Positions 9,178 through 19,847 of a DNA stretch of 64,000 bases are shown here, piece after piece. The stretch is from NCBI GenBank assembly GCA_039679675.1, contig JBDKUN010000009.1, positions 22,863 to 86,862 on the forward strand. Direction: 5' to 3'. Every line of letters begins with the position of its first letter. Within the stretch, counting starts at the first letter, position 1. Both the position numbers and the translations under genes were made by a program. This stretch comes from Armatimonadota bacterium (GTDB lineage: Bacteria > Armatimonadota > UBA5829 > DTLH01). Under the pieces are notes generated by a model. That model saw only the letters and a program-made list of their open reading frames with translations, ran no database searches and was not told the DNA's origin.

Positions 9178-9915
9178 TTATTTGTGGGGCTTCTTTTTGA
9201 TGGTCAGCATATTGGTCATCGGCAGAAGCGGTCTGGAGAGGAATTTGCCGTCTTTGTAGAGAGCGCAGGCTCCTCCTCCATCCAGGTTCATGGCTTCCAC
9301 TGCTCCCAACTCCAGCATAATGTCGGCAAACTGCTTCAATGTTATCGATTTTTCAGCTACCACCAGCAGCAGTTTGTTATCAGCGGTCTTTCCGACACCC
9401 GCGCGCCACGCTGTGACAGTAAGGCTACTTTTTGTGAACCCGTCGGCGACAGGATCGAGCGCAATCTTGCCTTCATGCACGAGTCTTGGCCCTGCGGCAA
9501 GGCCCGCACTGTAGCCGGACCATTTAAACCGCGATTTTCCCTTGTGAATGAACTCCACCCTACCGCTTTTTGTAACCGCTATCGCATTCCGCTGGCATCC
9601 ACGGTTGACCAGCTTGCCGCCGATGACTATATCGCCAAGCGGCTTCATCCGCTTATCGTAATAAGTCCCGTTGATGGCAGCGAGTGGGCGCATCCGCTTT
9701 ATTGCTGAGTCGAATGATTCCTGTCCGTTTGCCGCAAGCGCGGGTCTGATCTCGATTTTGCCGTTAAGATCGAACTTGACGATCTTTATGCGGCTGTCAT
9801 GGGCCGGGCCGGACTTACCAGCATACGTGACAACGACTGCCGCTGCTGCAACGAGCAGCAAAAGCACAAATTTGACCGAGCCGGTATTGGATCGATGATT
9901 GGTTCGTAAGATCAA
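9178..9915 (-). CDS. Phosphodiester glycosidase (NAGPA/DUF2233) family protein
   Basis: AAINGTYY, AGPRLV, RAGVG and AMNLDGGGA motifs. Start moved to TTG 9915, which follows GGAGGG. Confidence 0.8.
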   Translation of the reverse strand: MILRTNHRSNTGSVKFVLLLLVAAAAVVVTYAGKSGPAHDSRIKIVKFDLNGKIEIRPALAANGQESFDSAIKRMRPLAAINGTYYDKRMKPLGDIVIGGKLVNRGCQRNAIAVTKSGRVEFIHKGKSRFKWSGYSAGLAAGPRLVHEGKIALDPVADGFTKSSLTVTAWRAGVGKTADNKLLLVVAEKSITLKQFADIMLELGAVEAMNLDGGGACALYKDGKFLSRPLLPMTNMLTIKKKPHK

Positions 9916-10051
9916 GAAATCCCTCCCGCGGAAACAATGCCACTGAAAGTTTAGCATTCTGCCGAAGCTGAGTAAAGAGAGCAGAAAAGTACATTTGGGG
10001 TAATCGTCGAGGAAGCAGGCGCATAAATATTTAATAATATCTAATAATAGC

Positions 10052-10080
10052 TTGACAATCAACCACTGTAATGGTATAAA
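10052..10080 (+). promoter_or_regulatory. Sigma70 promoter
   Basis: TTGACA-17 bp-TATAAA. Confidence 0.65.
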
Positions 10081-10426
10081 TTCACTAGTTGACAATGTTG
10101 TAAATATAGTGTATGCACATGGCCGCGCATTAATATAAACGCACGGCCATATTTTTTTGGAACTATAGATTTTCGGCTGTTTTCTTAACAGTAATCGGAT
10201 ATCAACTATAGCCTAAACTCTGTAGATTGGTCTCTTTGGGCAATTGATAAGCATTAACGAGAAAGTAAATACAAGTATTCCGCAAGACGTAGTGGCCGGA
10301 CGGAATTAAATACCTGAGGCTGACCGTAACCTGAACCTCTCATGAAGAGGAAAGGAAGAGGCTGCCTCAGGTATGAATATTGAAGCTGCAGATTGATACC
10401 AGAAAGAAGATACGAAAGGAGATATA

Positions 10427-13400
10427 ATGCGTAGAAACCCACGTACCATATCAGCGTACAAGCTTACGCTGATCGCATCGATGATGATCCTGGTCCTCTG
10501 TGCAGGGGTTTCATTTGCACAGACAGAGTGGACACAGTGGCATTACTATGTCGATGTCAATGTCAACACCGGACCATATGCTAGAACAGCTACTCCGGTG
10601 GAACTTCAGATCAACTTCACCAATTACCTGAATGGTGCAACTCTGGACACAAACTCAGTAAGAGTAGCAGAGTTTGCAGACAGTGGTAGAAATGGCACAC
10701 CGCTAGAGGTAGTTAGCCAGTTTGACCAGGGCTCCGGGTTTAATGCAGTCACAAATGCATCTGGAGAGGTAGTTTGGATCTTAAGGGGTAATAATACTGA
10801 TCCTAATGCTCTCGGAGCAGTCGTCGATCCAACCCCTGCGAATACGACCAGATACTACAGGGTCTATTTCGACGATACCAATAACGGAAAGTCAGCTCCG
10901 AATTATACCACCGATTTTGCCAATGCTACACTTGAGGTATCTCCTGCTGCTGATTGGACTACAGCTACAACTGGATCGACTCCGCATATACAGTCGATAG
11001 GCAACTATGAGGTCTGGTTTAGATCCAGCAATGGAAGTATGTGGCAGATGGACAACAGACGTGTCACCCCGAGCGACCTGAAGTTGGTCAGTGGCTCTTC
11101 CACAGGAGGTATATATACTGCAGGAACATACTATGGTTCAAGTGATAATGGAGGTGAGGCTGATTCATACTATGGATCAAAGAACTATTTTACAAGGTCT
11201 GCGAACACAGCAGTTCGCTGCACAGTCGTTGTAAACAGGACAGCCACAGCAAGTGTCGCCAGCCTGAATCATAACATAACCATAGAACGTAAGTTTTATG
11301 CAGGAGTTCCCTATTTCAAAAATCACGTGACTATTGCCAGGAACTCAGGCGGCAATGGCTTTTTCAATTATGCAATGTTCCGCACTACCTGGAGCACTAC
11401 AGCCCCGTCAAGAACATTAGTAGCGCTGGACCCTGTAGCTGACCCTGTTACAGGAGGCGATTTGCCTTACAGCGCGTACTTCGACTGGAGCGATGATAGA
11501 GCAGGATTCGCCGTACTCGGATCTGCCAGCTTTATGCCGAACTCTACTAACGATCTTGCTAGCGGAACGAATGGCTATCGTGGATATTATGCTACCACTA
11601 GCCTCAACCGTTACTGGAGATTCATGCAGAGTCCGTACTACCCTATAGTTATGGATAGTGCCATAGCGATTCACACTGGAAAGACTGTGGAAACTGCCAG
11701 AGAGAGCACCCTGGAATCCCTTGAGGATTACGGCTGTCCGGTTGGTATATCGATAGTGGGAAGTAATACTGCTGCTGTAGCCTACGGCTCTATCAAAGGC
11801 AAAATAACTGATGCCCTTGATAATACCAAGCCAGTCAGAGGCGCTATGGTAAAAGTATGGGTGGACGATGTATTCTTTACCAAGACCTATACTTCTATGC
11901 TTGGTGATTTTACACTTTCCGACGTGCCTGCAGGAGCTGTGAAAGTCAGCGTCAAGTGCGATGAGTATGAGAACAAGGCAGAGACTATCGGAACACTCAC
12001 TGCAGGGAGTGTTATGGATGCTAATATCTCTCTGCAGCCTATTATCGTAGCTGGTGCTGCAGTGCCTAATTGGCGGTGGCTTACTTCGAGTGGCATTAAT
12101 GGCGGAACTCAGGTTTGGAAGCTTGCTACAGATTCAGCAGTAGCTGGAGTTGGATTCGACAATGATGTTGCGACATTCTCCGATCCGAACTACAATGACT
12201 CTGGACTTTCGACTGTAGACGTTCCTCGGGTGGATTCTCCTGCAGATAAGGTTACTACTTTAGATTGGGATGATCTTCAGACCAACCCTACAGACAATTG
12301 CTACGGCTGGTATCGCACAACAATCAATATCCCTCAAGAATGGGCTGGAAAGAACCTGAGGCTCAGGAACTTCTACATCGACGATGTGGCAGCATTTTAT
12401 TTCGACGGTCATTACATCGGCCAAACGGGATCATTCCCGAATGCATCCGATCCGCGTAATACGGCAGCAGCAAACGGATATGTCGGACACGCAAATTTCC
12501 CCAATGACTTTATCATTCCGGGAGATTGGTTAAAAGAGTCCGGAGATAAAGTGCTTGCAATCAAGGTATTTGATGCTACTGGTAACGGCGGAATAACTGG
12601 AACTGCTCCGCTTCTTGAGGTCGCGCCTTCCATGGCCACAGTGACAGTGAATGTCACAGGACCTCACAACTACGGTGAAACTCCACTTCCCATAGAGGGA
12701 GCAACAGTTCAGGTTGTCGGCTTTACATCCGGCACGACTGATGCAGATGGTAATTGCACGTTCAACACACTTCCTGGCGACAGCTATACCATAACAGTCA
12801 CCCATCCCAACCATGGGACAAAGACAATTACAAACGTCGAAATCCCGGATGCCGGATCAATTACTATTCCGGTTACATATGATGCTATATACCCGGTCGT
12901 GACGGTGAATGTCACAGGGTCTCAGACCTACAACGGGCCCAAGCTTCCTGTCGAGGGAGCGAAGGTATCGTTCGGCGGATCATCGGGTACGACGGATGCA
13001 GATGGTAACTGCACATATGACAAGACGATTGCCCCCGGCTTCTACACCGTAACAGTCAACCATCCCAACTATGGGACAAAGACTCTTACGAATGTCGAAG
13101 TCCCGGCAACCCCATCAGTCACTATTCCTGTTGTGTATGATAATGTCCTCTGCAAGGTGACAGGCACAGTCACGAAGAATGGCTTGCCGCTTGCCAGCGC
13201 TCGTGTAGTGGTTGCTAATGGCAGCAGCTCCTTTACAGGTATTACGAACTCCAGCGGCGCATATACCATTACAGGCGTCATAGCTGGAGACTACAAGCTC
13301 ACTGTTAACGCATTGAAGGCTATGCCGGTAATAGATAAACCGGTTCAGGTATATGCAATGCAGGTAGCGGTGGATAATGTAGACCTGCAATATGGAGTCA

Positions 13401-15211
13401 CTCCTATATATGATGACTTCTCGGGAGCCGCTCTCGATGAGAGCAAGTGGGGATTCTACAATACATCGGAGCAGGGGTTAGGCAATTCTACAGCTACACT
13501 GGTCGATGGTGTACTCAATCTCTATCCTATACCAGGACGAGGCGGTATCTTAAGTAAGACAGTTGTCCCCAAATATGGGACGTCTGAAGTATTATTCACT
13601 CGAGCAGCCACTGGGACAAACCAGGGGTTTGCCATCATAGACCCGACCTATACAGGCGGAGACATATATAACCATGGCGTCTGCTTTGAGCAGGAAGGCT
13701 ACTTCATAAAGGTCTTCCTTTGCGGCGCTTGCAATTGGCAGGTTTCGAATAGCACTTATCCTGTAAGAGTGTCTATCCTTAGAACAGGCGACTACTACGA
13801 TGCCTATGTGAACGGCGGATGGTCCGGATACTTGGGCAAAATGTCTGTAGACTCGGCCACAGGTAAGGCATATCTTGCAGATAATGCACAGATCTACCTT
13901 AACGGATACAGGTTAGCCATGACTAACACAACGATCGGCTATTTTGATGAGGTGAAAGCAGGCGAAACAATACCTGTAACACCATCAACAGTTGCCGGAG
14001 CAAGAACCGCAGCAGGTGGTTCGATGCTTAGCGTCTCAGGCGCAGTTGTAACAGCAAGCTATGACAACTACTTCTTTATAGAGAACACAGACCGCTCTGC
14101 AGGTATAAAGGTTATCTCAACAGCCAAGCCTGCAGTAGGCAAGGTTGTGTCCATAGCAGGAAGCATAGTTAAAGCTGACAATGAAGTAGCCATCAAGCCG
14201 ATCGATGCTACATACTCTGATGATCCTAATAAAGCAGTTCCCCCACCTGTAGCAATAACAGGCAAGGTAGCAGGAGAGCTCGACAAGGCCGGAGCTGCTG
14301 CACAGGGAATGATTGTCAAGGTTGCAGGGACCGTAACCGGTCTCCACACCAACACTGACAACAATGTAGACGGTTACTTCCTCGATGACGGAAGCGGAAT
14401 CGTTGGAGACGGGACCCACAAGGGAATCTTCGTTGAGATGGATCCTACATGGGGAACAAACAGCAGCGTAATAGGCAAGTTCAAGACAATAGTGAGCCCG
14501 CTTACAGTAAAGAAGATAAGTGATACTGTTGTCCTTCCTGCAGTGAAGGGTGAGCTGGAAGCAATCCCGACATTCACTGCATATAACGACTGCTGCTGGT
14601 CAGATGGCCAGACAAGCGGCAACATTACTACTTATGGAACAGGTACAGGCTCTACAGGAGCCTCAACCGGATTCCTTAAAGACTATGTAACAGGAGTTTC
14701 ATTCCCTGTTACAGCGACATTCACACCGTCCGGTGATGTATCTTGTGTAACTGCCGGAGGAGCTAACTGTATAGACGGCTCAGATGCAGCCAATGTCTTT
14801 GGCGGCAAGGTAGACTTCACCGGATACATCAACTGCAATACGGCTGCTGCATATGTAGAACTTACCTTCAGCGGGCTCGACCCCAATGGAAGCTATGAGT
14901 TTACAACTACAGCAAATGCAGGTGGCAGCTTAATGACACCTATGAGATATACCATCTCAGGAGCCCTGAGCTTTACCAACGCAAGCTCCAGCGACGCCAT
15001 AATAAGCACAGATGGTACATACACAGAGTTCGATACGGGCAGCAACACTGGTTATTCCATGGGTTCGGTCTATGGCGGCTATATAGCCAAATGGACCGGC
15101 ATCAAGCCATCTGCAGCAGGCACGTTCACCATAAAGGCGAGCCTGGGGGATAACAACTCAAATCTGTCCGGAGCAGTATTCAGTGGCTTCATGCTGAAGA
15201 AAGCTCAATAA
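10427..15211 (+). CDS. Large secreted multidomain protein (sugar-binding jelly-roll, carboxypeptidase-regulatory-like repeats, tandem C-terminal domain)
   Basis: Signal peptide and AAAGGAG RBS. WYRTTINIPQEWAGKNLRL...IDD motif of GH2-type sugar-binding domains. Duplicated TVNVTG...EGA...GTTDADGNCT...HPNxGTKT modules. Confidence 0.75.
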   Translation: MRRNPRTISAYKLTLIASMMILVLCAGVSFAQTEWTQWHYYVDVNVNTGPYARTATPVELQINFTNYLNGATLDTNSVRVAEFADSGRNGTPLEVVSQFDQGSGFNAVTNASGEVVWILRGNNTDPNALGAVVDPTPANTTRYYRVYFDDTNNGKSAPNYTTDFANATLEVSPAADWTTATTGSTPHIQSIGNYEVWFRSSNGSMWQMDNRRVTPSDLKLVSGSSTGGIYTAGTYYGSSDNGGEADSYYGSKNYFTRSANTAVRCTVVVNRTATASVASLNHNITIERKFYAGVPYFKNHVTIARNSGGNGFFNYAMFRTTWSTTAPSRTLVALDPVADPVTGGDLPYSAYFDWSDDRAGFAVLGSASFMPNSTNDLASGTNGYRGYYATTSLNRYWRFMQSPYYPIVMDSAIAIHTGKTVETARESTLESLEDYGCPVGISIVGSNTAAVAYGSIKGKITDALDNTKPVRGAMVKVWVDDVFFTKTYTSMLGDFTLSDVPAGAVKVSVKCDEYENKAETIGTLTAGSVMDANISLQPIIVAGAAVPNWRWLTSSGINGGTQVWKLATDSAVAGVGFDNDVATFSDPNYNDSGLSTVDVPRVDSPADKVTTLDWDDLQTNPTDNCYGWYRTTINIPQEWAGKNLRLRNFYIDDVAAFYFDGHYIGQTGSFPNASDPRNTAAANGYVGHANFPNDFIIPGDWLKESGDKVLAIKVFDATGNGGITGTAPLLEVAPSMATVTVNVTGPHNYGETPLPIEGATVQVVGFTSGTTDADGNCTFNTLPGDSYTITVTHPNHGTKTITNVEIPDAGSITIPVTYDAIYPVVTVNVTGSQTYNGPKLPVEGAKVSFGGSSGTTDADGNCTYDKTIAPGFYTVTVNHPNYGTKTLTNVEVPATPSVTIPVVYDNVLCKVTGTVTKNGLPLASARVVVANGSSSFTGITNSSGAYTITGVIAGDYKLTVNALKAMPVIDKPVQVYAMQVAVDNVDLQYGVTPIYDDFSGAALDESKWGFYNTSEQGLGNSTATLVDGVLNLYPIPGRGGILSKTVVPKYGTSEVLFTRAATGTNQGFAIIDPTYTGGDIYNHGVCFEQEGYFIKVFLCGACNWQVSNSTYPVRVSILRTGDYYDAYVNGGWSGYLGKMSVDSATGKAYLADNAQIYLNGYRLAMTNTTIGYFDEVKAGETIPVTPSTVAGARTAAGGSMLSVSGAVVTASYDNYFFIENTDRSAGIKVISTAKPAVGKVVSIAGSIVKADNEVAIKPIDATYSDDPNKAVPPPVAITGKVAGELDKAGAAAQGMIVKVAGTVTGLHTNTDNNVDGYFLDDGSGIVGDGTHKGIFVEMDPTWGTNSSVIGKFKTIVSPLTVKKISDTVVLPAVKGELEAIPTFTAYNDCCWSDGQTSGNITTYGTGTGSTGASTGFLKDYVTGVSFPVTATFTPSGDVSCVTAGGANCIDGSDAANVFGGKVDFTGYINCNTAAAYVELTFSGLDPNGSYEFTTTANAGGSLMTPMRYTISGALSFTNASSSDAIISTDGTYTEFDTGSNTGYSMGSVYGGYIAKWTGIKPSAAGTFTIKASLGDNNSNLSGAVFSGFMLKKAQ

Positions 15212-15255
15212 CTACATTAAATGATGCCCTAACAAAGCATCTATCTGTCTAAAAC

Positions 15256-15287
15256 GAGCCGCCTGAGGAGACTTGGGCGGCTCTTCT
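15256..15287 (+). terminator. Putative terminator hairpin
   Basis: GAGCCGCCTGAG-gaga-CTTGGGCGGCTC followed by TTCT. Confidence 0.6.
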
Positions 15288-15419
15288 GCATGTGCATTAT
15301 CAATTGACATATTTCCTTTACCAATGCTACGATAATCTAGAAATCAGGCGCTAAATTGCACAAGAACAGGCTCTGCCGTCGATTGGCGGAGCTTGTTTTG
15401 GATCAGGACGGGGGAAGCC

Positions 15420-16652
15420 GTGAAAGAGCTGTCTATAGAAGAGCAACTGGAGATAATCAAGCGGGGTACTGCGGATATAGTCCCCGAAGAAGAGCTTGTA
15501 GAGAAGTTAAAGAAGTCAAAAGCGGAAAAACGGCCGCTCAGGGTCAAGCTGGGGATCGATCCGACTGCGCCGGATGTCCATCTGGGGTTTGCAGTTGTCC
15601 TCAGAAAGATGCGGCAGTTCCAGGACCTAGGCCATCAGGTAATATTGATAGTCGGCGACTTCACAGCAAGCATCGGTGACCCGTCCGGCAAGTCCGAGAC
15701 CAGGCCGATGTTAAGCGCAGAGCAGATCAAGGCTAATGCGGAGACATTTACATCCCAGTTCTGGAAAATTCTCGACCGCGAAAAGACCACCCTCACATTT
15801 AACGGCGATTGGCTCAGGAAAATGACCTTCAGTGATGTCGTAAGAGAGACATCCAGAGTCACGGTCGCCCGGATACTCGAACGCGACGACTTTCAGAAGC
15901 GTTTTACCGAAGAACGGCCGATAGGGCTTCACGAACTGCTCTACCCGATTGCCCAGGCACTCGATTCCGTTGAAATTAAGTCCGACATAGAGATGGGCGG
16001 GACTGACCAGCGGTTCAACATCCTGATGGGCCGCGACCTCCAGGAAGCGCACGGGCAGGAAGCCCAGGTGGGGCTATTCATGCCGCTTCTGCCGGGGCTG
16101 GACGGCGTTCAGAAGATGTCCAAGTCGCTCGGAAACTACATCGGTATCACCGAAAATCCCAAGGATATGTTCGGTAAAGCTATGTCGATACCTGACAATA
16201 TCATGCCGATGTATTTCGAACTTGCAACGGACGTCCCTATGGATGAAGTCCGTAAGATGGAAGAGGACATCAAGAACGGCACATTACACCCGATGGAAGC
16301 CAAAAAGCGTCTGGCTTACGAAATAACGAAGATTTACCACTCAGCAGAAGAAGCGCAGGCGGCAAAAGAGGAGTTCGAGCGGGTGTTCAGCCAGCATGAG
16401 CTGCCTTCGGACATCCCGGAAGTTGAGATCCCCAAGTCCTCAATGACTGAAGAGGGTATTTGGGCCCCGACTCTTCTTGTGACCGCCAAAATGGCAAGCT
16501 CGAACAGTGAAGCAAGGCGGCTCATACAGCAGGGTGCGGTCACATTGGACGGCGAGCGTATCACGAACCCAACCGGCAGTGTTCAGATAAAGGACGGCCA
16601 GATTTTGAAAGCCGGAAAGCTCAGGTTTGGCAAGCTGAAGATCGTGGTATAG
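15420..16652 (+). CDS. tyrS: Tyrosine--tRNA ligase
   Basis: KLGIDPTAPDVHLG, KMSKS, C-terminal S4-like domain. GTG start likely. Confidence 0.97.
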   Translation: MKELSIEEQLEIIKRGTADIVPEEELVEKLKKSKAEKRPLRVKLGIDPTAPDVHLGFAVVLRKMRQFQDLGHQVILIVGDFTASIGDPSGKSETRPMLSAEQIKANAETFTSQFWKILDREKTTLTFNGDWLRKMTFSDVVRETSRVTVARILERDDFQKRFTEERPIGLHELLYPIAQALDSVEIKSDIEMGGTDQRFNILMGRDLQEAHGQEAQVGLFMPLLPGLDGVQKMSKSLGNYIGITENPKDMFGKAMSIPDNIMPMYFELATDVPMDEVRKMEEDIKNGTLHPMEAKKRLAYEITKIYHSAEEAQAAKEEFERVFSQHELPSDIPEVEIPKSSMTEEGIWAPTLLVTAKMASSNSEARRLIQQGAVTLDGERITNPTGSVQIKDGQILKAGKLRFGKLKIVV

Positions 16653-16689
16653 ATGAGATAGATAAGTACTACACTTGAAGGGGGAAAAG

Positions 16690-17211
16690 ATGCTCAGTTT
16701 CAGCGCAAAGGACATAATGGAACGTGATGTCATCACCATACGCAAAGGAGCATCCATAGAAGAAGCCCTCCGCCTGATGGCGGAGAACAATATAAGCGGT
16801 CTGCCCGTTGTGGACACTGAAGGCAAGATCGAGGGGATAATTACCGAGACGGATGTGCTTCTGAAAGGCCAGGGGAGCACGTCCGCACCAAGAATGGCGC
16901 TTTACGGGCTTTGGGTGATGCCGGACGAGCTGGTAGAGGAGATATACCGCAGGTCGCGCGGCAAGCTGGTAGAGGATGCAATGACCCCGAAGGTGATTAC
17001 TTTCACGGAAGAGTCTGCCGTAACGGATATAGCGCGTGTGATGATCGAGCATGACATCAACAGGGTCCCGATAGTGCGGGACGGCAAGATTGTCGGAATC
17101 GTAAGCCGGAGCGACATAGTCCGCGCAATGTCGAGGCTGATAAACGGCCCCATGCCGGAGTCATGCGACTCTAATGACGATGGAAAACGGAAAGTCATCG
17201 AGCTGACGTAG
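16690..17211 (+). CDS. CBS domain pair protein
   Basis: ISGLPVVD...GIITETD and INRVPIV...GIVSRSD. Confidence 0.9.
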   Translation: MLSFSAKDIMERDVITIRKGASIEEALRLMAENNISGLPVVDTEGKIEGIITETDVLLKGQGSTSAPRMALYGLWVMPDELVEEIYRRSRGKLVEDAMTPKVITFTEESAVTDIARVMIEHDINRVPIVRDGKIVGIVSRSDIVRAMSRLINGPMPESCDSNDDGKRKVIELT

Positions 17212-17275
17212 GGAATATTTCCCAAACGAGATCGTTTAAGGCTCCGGTGCAGGTATCATGTGCCGGAGCTTTTGA

Positions 17276-18283
17276 TTATTTAGGAACACCGATAAAAACA
17301 CTGCTCCCTGCTGCTGCAAATACTCTCCCCTTTGAGTCAATGGAAATGCTGTCGATGTTCGGCCTGTAAAATCCGCATATTGTGGTGTTGAGTTTCTTCC
17401 AGCTTTTACCTTTATCTGTGGAGATATAAGCTCCGTCACTGGTTCCAATGATGATATGTCCATTCGGAGCGGCAGTTACTGTATTGCATCTGATTTTCTC
17501 CCCAATGATGTTGGAACCGAGATCAATTCTGTCACAATTCCCTTGCCCATCGCTCGTGTATAGTGAACTGTAATCACTAATATAAAGCTGATTATCATCC
17601 ACCGCGAATATAGCTATAATATCATAATCGGCTTTCAGTTTCAGATTTATCCAATGTTTGCCGCCATCATCAGACTTAAATATCGAGCCATAAGCAACGG
17701 CAAAGATGTGCCCCTCAGGAGTAATACATAGTGCATTAATGTGAGGATCATATATTATATTTTGTCCAATCCCGATTTTCTTCCAGCTATTACCGCCGTC
17801 ATCTGAACGATATACTGCGTTTTTGTCTCCACCAGCGTATATTCGTCCTTCGGAGTCAAGCGCGAATGCATCTATGATGTATGACCACATGCCTTTTGTG
17901 CACCTAGTCCAGGTAGCTCCTTTGTCGGTCGATCTATATAGCCCGCTACTTGTCCCTGCAAATACGCGGTTATTGCGGTCTACAATGAGCGCTGTGACGA
18001 GATCGGCATCAGGCTTGGAGTCCAGCTGAACCCAGTTTTCACCTCTGTCCGTGCTCCTGTATGTGTATCCACCGTGTTCTTCGACAGCATAGGCATCCAC
18101 CCCTGATGGGCTGACAGCTACCAACCGTTTGCCATTGGAACCGATATTGCGGAGAGACACACGAGACCATACATAGAAGTCATCTGATGCAAGGCGTTTC
18201 AAGCCAGCCCTTGCAGAGACAAAGAGTATTATGGACAGCGCCGCTATGAGCGCAATTGCGATGATAATTGTTTTCTTTTTCAT
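17276..18283 (-). CDS. Exported BNR/Asp-box repeat beta-propeller protein
   Basis: Repeated YRSTDxGxxW/SDDGGxxW motifs. N-terminal signal or anchor. Confidence 0.85.
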   Translation of the reverse strand: MKKKTIIIAIALIAALSIILFVSARAGLKRLASDDFYVWSRVSLRNIGSNGKRLVAVSPSGVDAYAVEEHGGYTYRSTDRGENWVQLDSKPDADLVTALIVDRNNRVFAGTSSGLYRSTDKGATWTRCTKGMWSYIIDAFALDSEGRIYAGGDKNAVYRSDDGGNSWKKIGIGQNIIYDPHINALCITPEGHIFAVAYGSIFKSDDGGKHWINLKLKADYDIIAIFAVDDNQLYISDYSSLYTSDGQGNCDRIDLGSNIIGEKIRCNTVTAAPNGHIIIGTSDGAYISTDKGKSWKKLNTTICGFYRPNIDSISIDSKGRVFAAAGSSVFIGVPK

Positions 18284-18335
18284 ACTGATCCTTTGAAGGA
18301 CAGATTTGGATGCGCTGCTTTTGGCCGTCTTGAAA

Positions 18336-18393
18336 CAAAAAGCCCGTCGAACTACCTATCCTGCCAAAGCAGCCCAAGTACTACGACGGGCTT
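18336..18393 (-). terminator. Terminator downstream of the ROK gene
   Basis: AAGCCCGTCG...CGACGGGCTT stem with a T-run on the minus strand. Confidence 0.55.
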
Positions 18394-18434
18394 AATTTTC
18401 ATTAGAAATATATCACATTATGCCAGGTTGTCAA

Positions 18435-19634
18435 CTAATCTGATGGGTCGAACACCTTGTTCAGCGCGAGGAAACCAGCGCCGAGGACGGCTGCATCTTC
18501 ATTTAGTACACTTGGCTCCAGTTTTATCTGCCCCGGCCAGTATTCATACTTCGCCACAGCTTCATGGAGTGAGTTCCAGAAGACATCGCCGGATTTCGAG
18601 ACGCCTCCACTAATTGCAAAGAAGGTAATTCCGAACAGGTTCGTTATATTGACTATTGCGAGTCCAAGATAGTTGGTTGCACAGGCAAATATATCGAGTG
18701 CAAGCTTATCACCTTTCTTTGCTGCTTCCGCCACATCCTTAGCCGTTATGTTCGCGGTAGAAAGTTCAGTAAGCAGGCTCTTTGTACCGGACTCTATGGC
18801 TCTCCTTGCGGCTGCGGCTATACCTTGTCCTGACGCTATCGATTCCAGATACGACCTGCCCCCGAATCTGTCCGGGTCGCCTTCCGGCCCGACTATCATC
18901 ATACCGAACTGGGATATGGCCGCAAGCGGATAAAGCTCCCGGTTTATGACAAAGCTGCCGCCCACGCCGACTCCGATGGCTATGTAGGCAAAACTGTCGT
19001 TCGTTCTCCCATGCCCAAGTTTGGCCTCGGCAAGTGTTGATGAGATTATGTTGTCATAAACTGTAGCCGGGATATTGCACACCTGCCGCGCTATTCTAGC
19101 TATTGGGAAGTTGTTCAGATCAAGGTTGAAACTGAGCTTGACGATACCGAGGTTCGAGTCGACCATTCCGGTGCAGCTGATGCCCATCGCGAGCGGTTTG
19201 CCACGCTTAGGTTCACATTCCTTTAGGAGCCGGTTCATCGTAGATACAATGGCCTGCGCGACTGGCTCCTCTCCACGAACATTATCCAGCGACTGCTCAA
19301 CTGACTCATGTAGGTTTCCGGCGAGGTCCATAGCTGCAGCTTTTATGTGGCTCCCGCCGATCTCCAGCGCAAGAACCCAACATCCGCCTGGCTCTATGTC
19401 CAGAAGCACGGTCCTTCGCTTGGCATTCCCGGTCTTCACGAAGCCGGCCTCCGTCAGGATAGACTCACTCATCAGCTCATCTACAATTCGGCAAACCGTA
19501 GGAAATGATAGCTTGGTCAGCTCGGAGATTTCTTTCCGGCTCATCCGGCCATGAGTTCTCAACGCAGACAGAACCGTCCTGCTATTCTCTTTTTTTAGGA
19601 CCAGATAATTGAAATTCTTTTTAGCTGTTCGCAT
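18435..19634 (-). CDS. ROK family transcriptional repressor
   Basis: N-terminal HTH (MSRKEISELTKLSFPTV), ROK fold, LESIASG. Divergent from a glycosidase-like gene. Confidence 0.9.
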   Translation of the reverse strand: MRTAKKNFNYLVLKKENSRTVLSALRTHGRMSRKEISELTKLSFPTVCRIVDELMSESILTEAGFVKTGNAKRRTVLLDIEPGGCWVLALEIGGSHIKAAAMDLAGNLHESVEQSLDNVRGEEPVAQAIVSTMNRLLKECEPKRGKPLAMGISCTGMVDSNLGIVKLSFNLDLNNFPIARIARQVCNIPATVYDNIISSTLAEAKLGHGRTNDSFAYIAIGVGVGGSFVINRELYPLAAISQFGMMIVGPEGDPDRFGGRSYLESIASGQGIAAAARRAIESGTKSLLTELSTANITAKDVAEAAKKGDKLALDIFACATNYLGLAIVNITNLFGITFFAISGGVSKSGDVFWNSLHEAVAKYEYWPGQIKLEPSVLNEDAAVLGAGFLALNKVFDPSD

Positions 19635-19774
19635 TCTGCAATCTCTTCAGAAATGTTAGAACATTTTAATTATAAACTGCTGGGATGTCAAAAAGTATCA
19701 GTGTGAAACTTATTCTTTAGCTGATAGCTGACTACTGACAGCTAAAGATTAATTCTCACTGTGAATATTAATCT

Positions 19775-19803
19775 TGACAAGCAAACTGGCGCATGATACA
19801 ACA
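19775..19803 (+). promoter_or_regulatory. Sigma70 promoter
   Basis: TTGACA-17 bp-TACAAC with an extended -10 TG. Confidence 0.5.
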
Positions 19804-19847
19804 CTCTTGGTTAAGCTTTAAAATGAGCGTATCAGGAGGAATTAGTA

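Noticed and set aside
10150-10420. c-di-GMP or other known riboswitch
   Set aside because: I could not match a consensus aptamer by eye; kept only as an unknown structured leader.
15290-15420. T-box leader before tyrS (and before proS)
   Set aside because: The leaders are too short and lack the T-box sequence and terminator.
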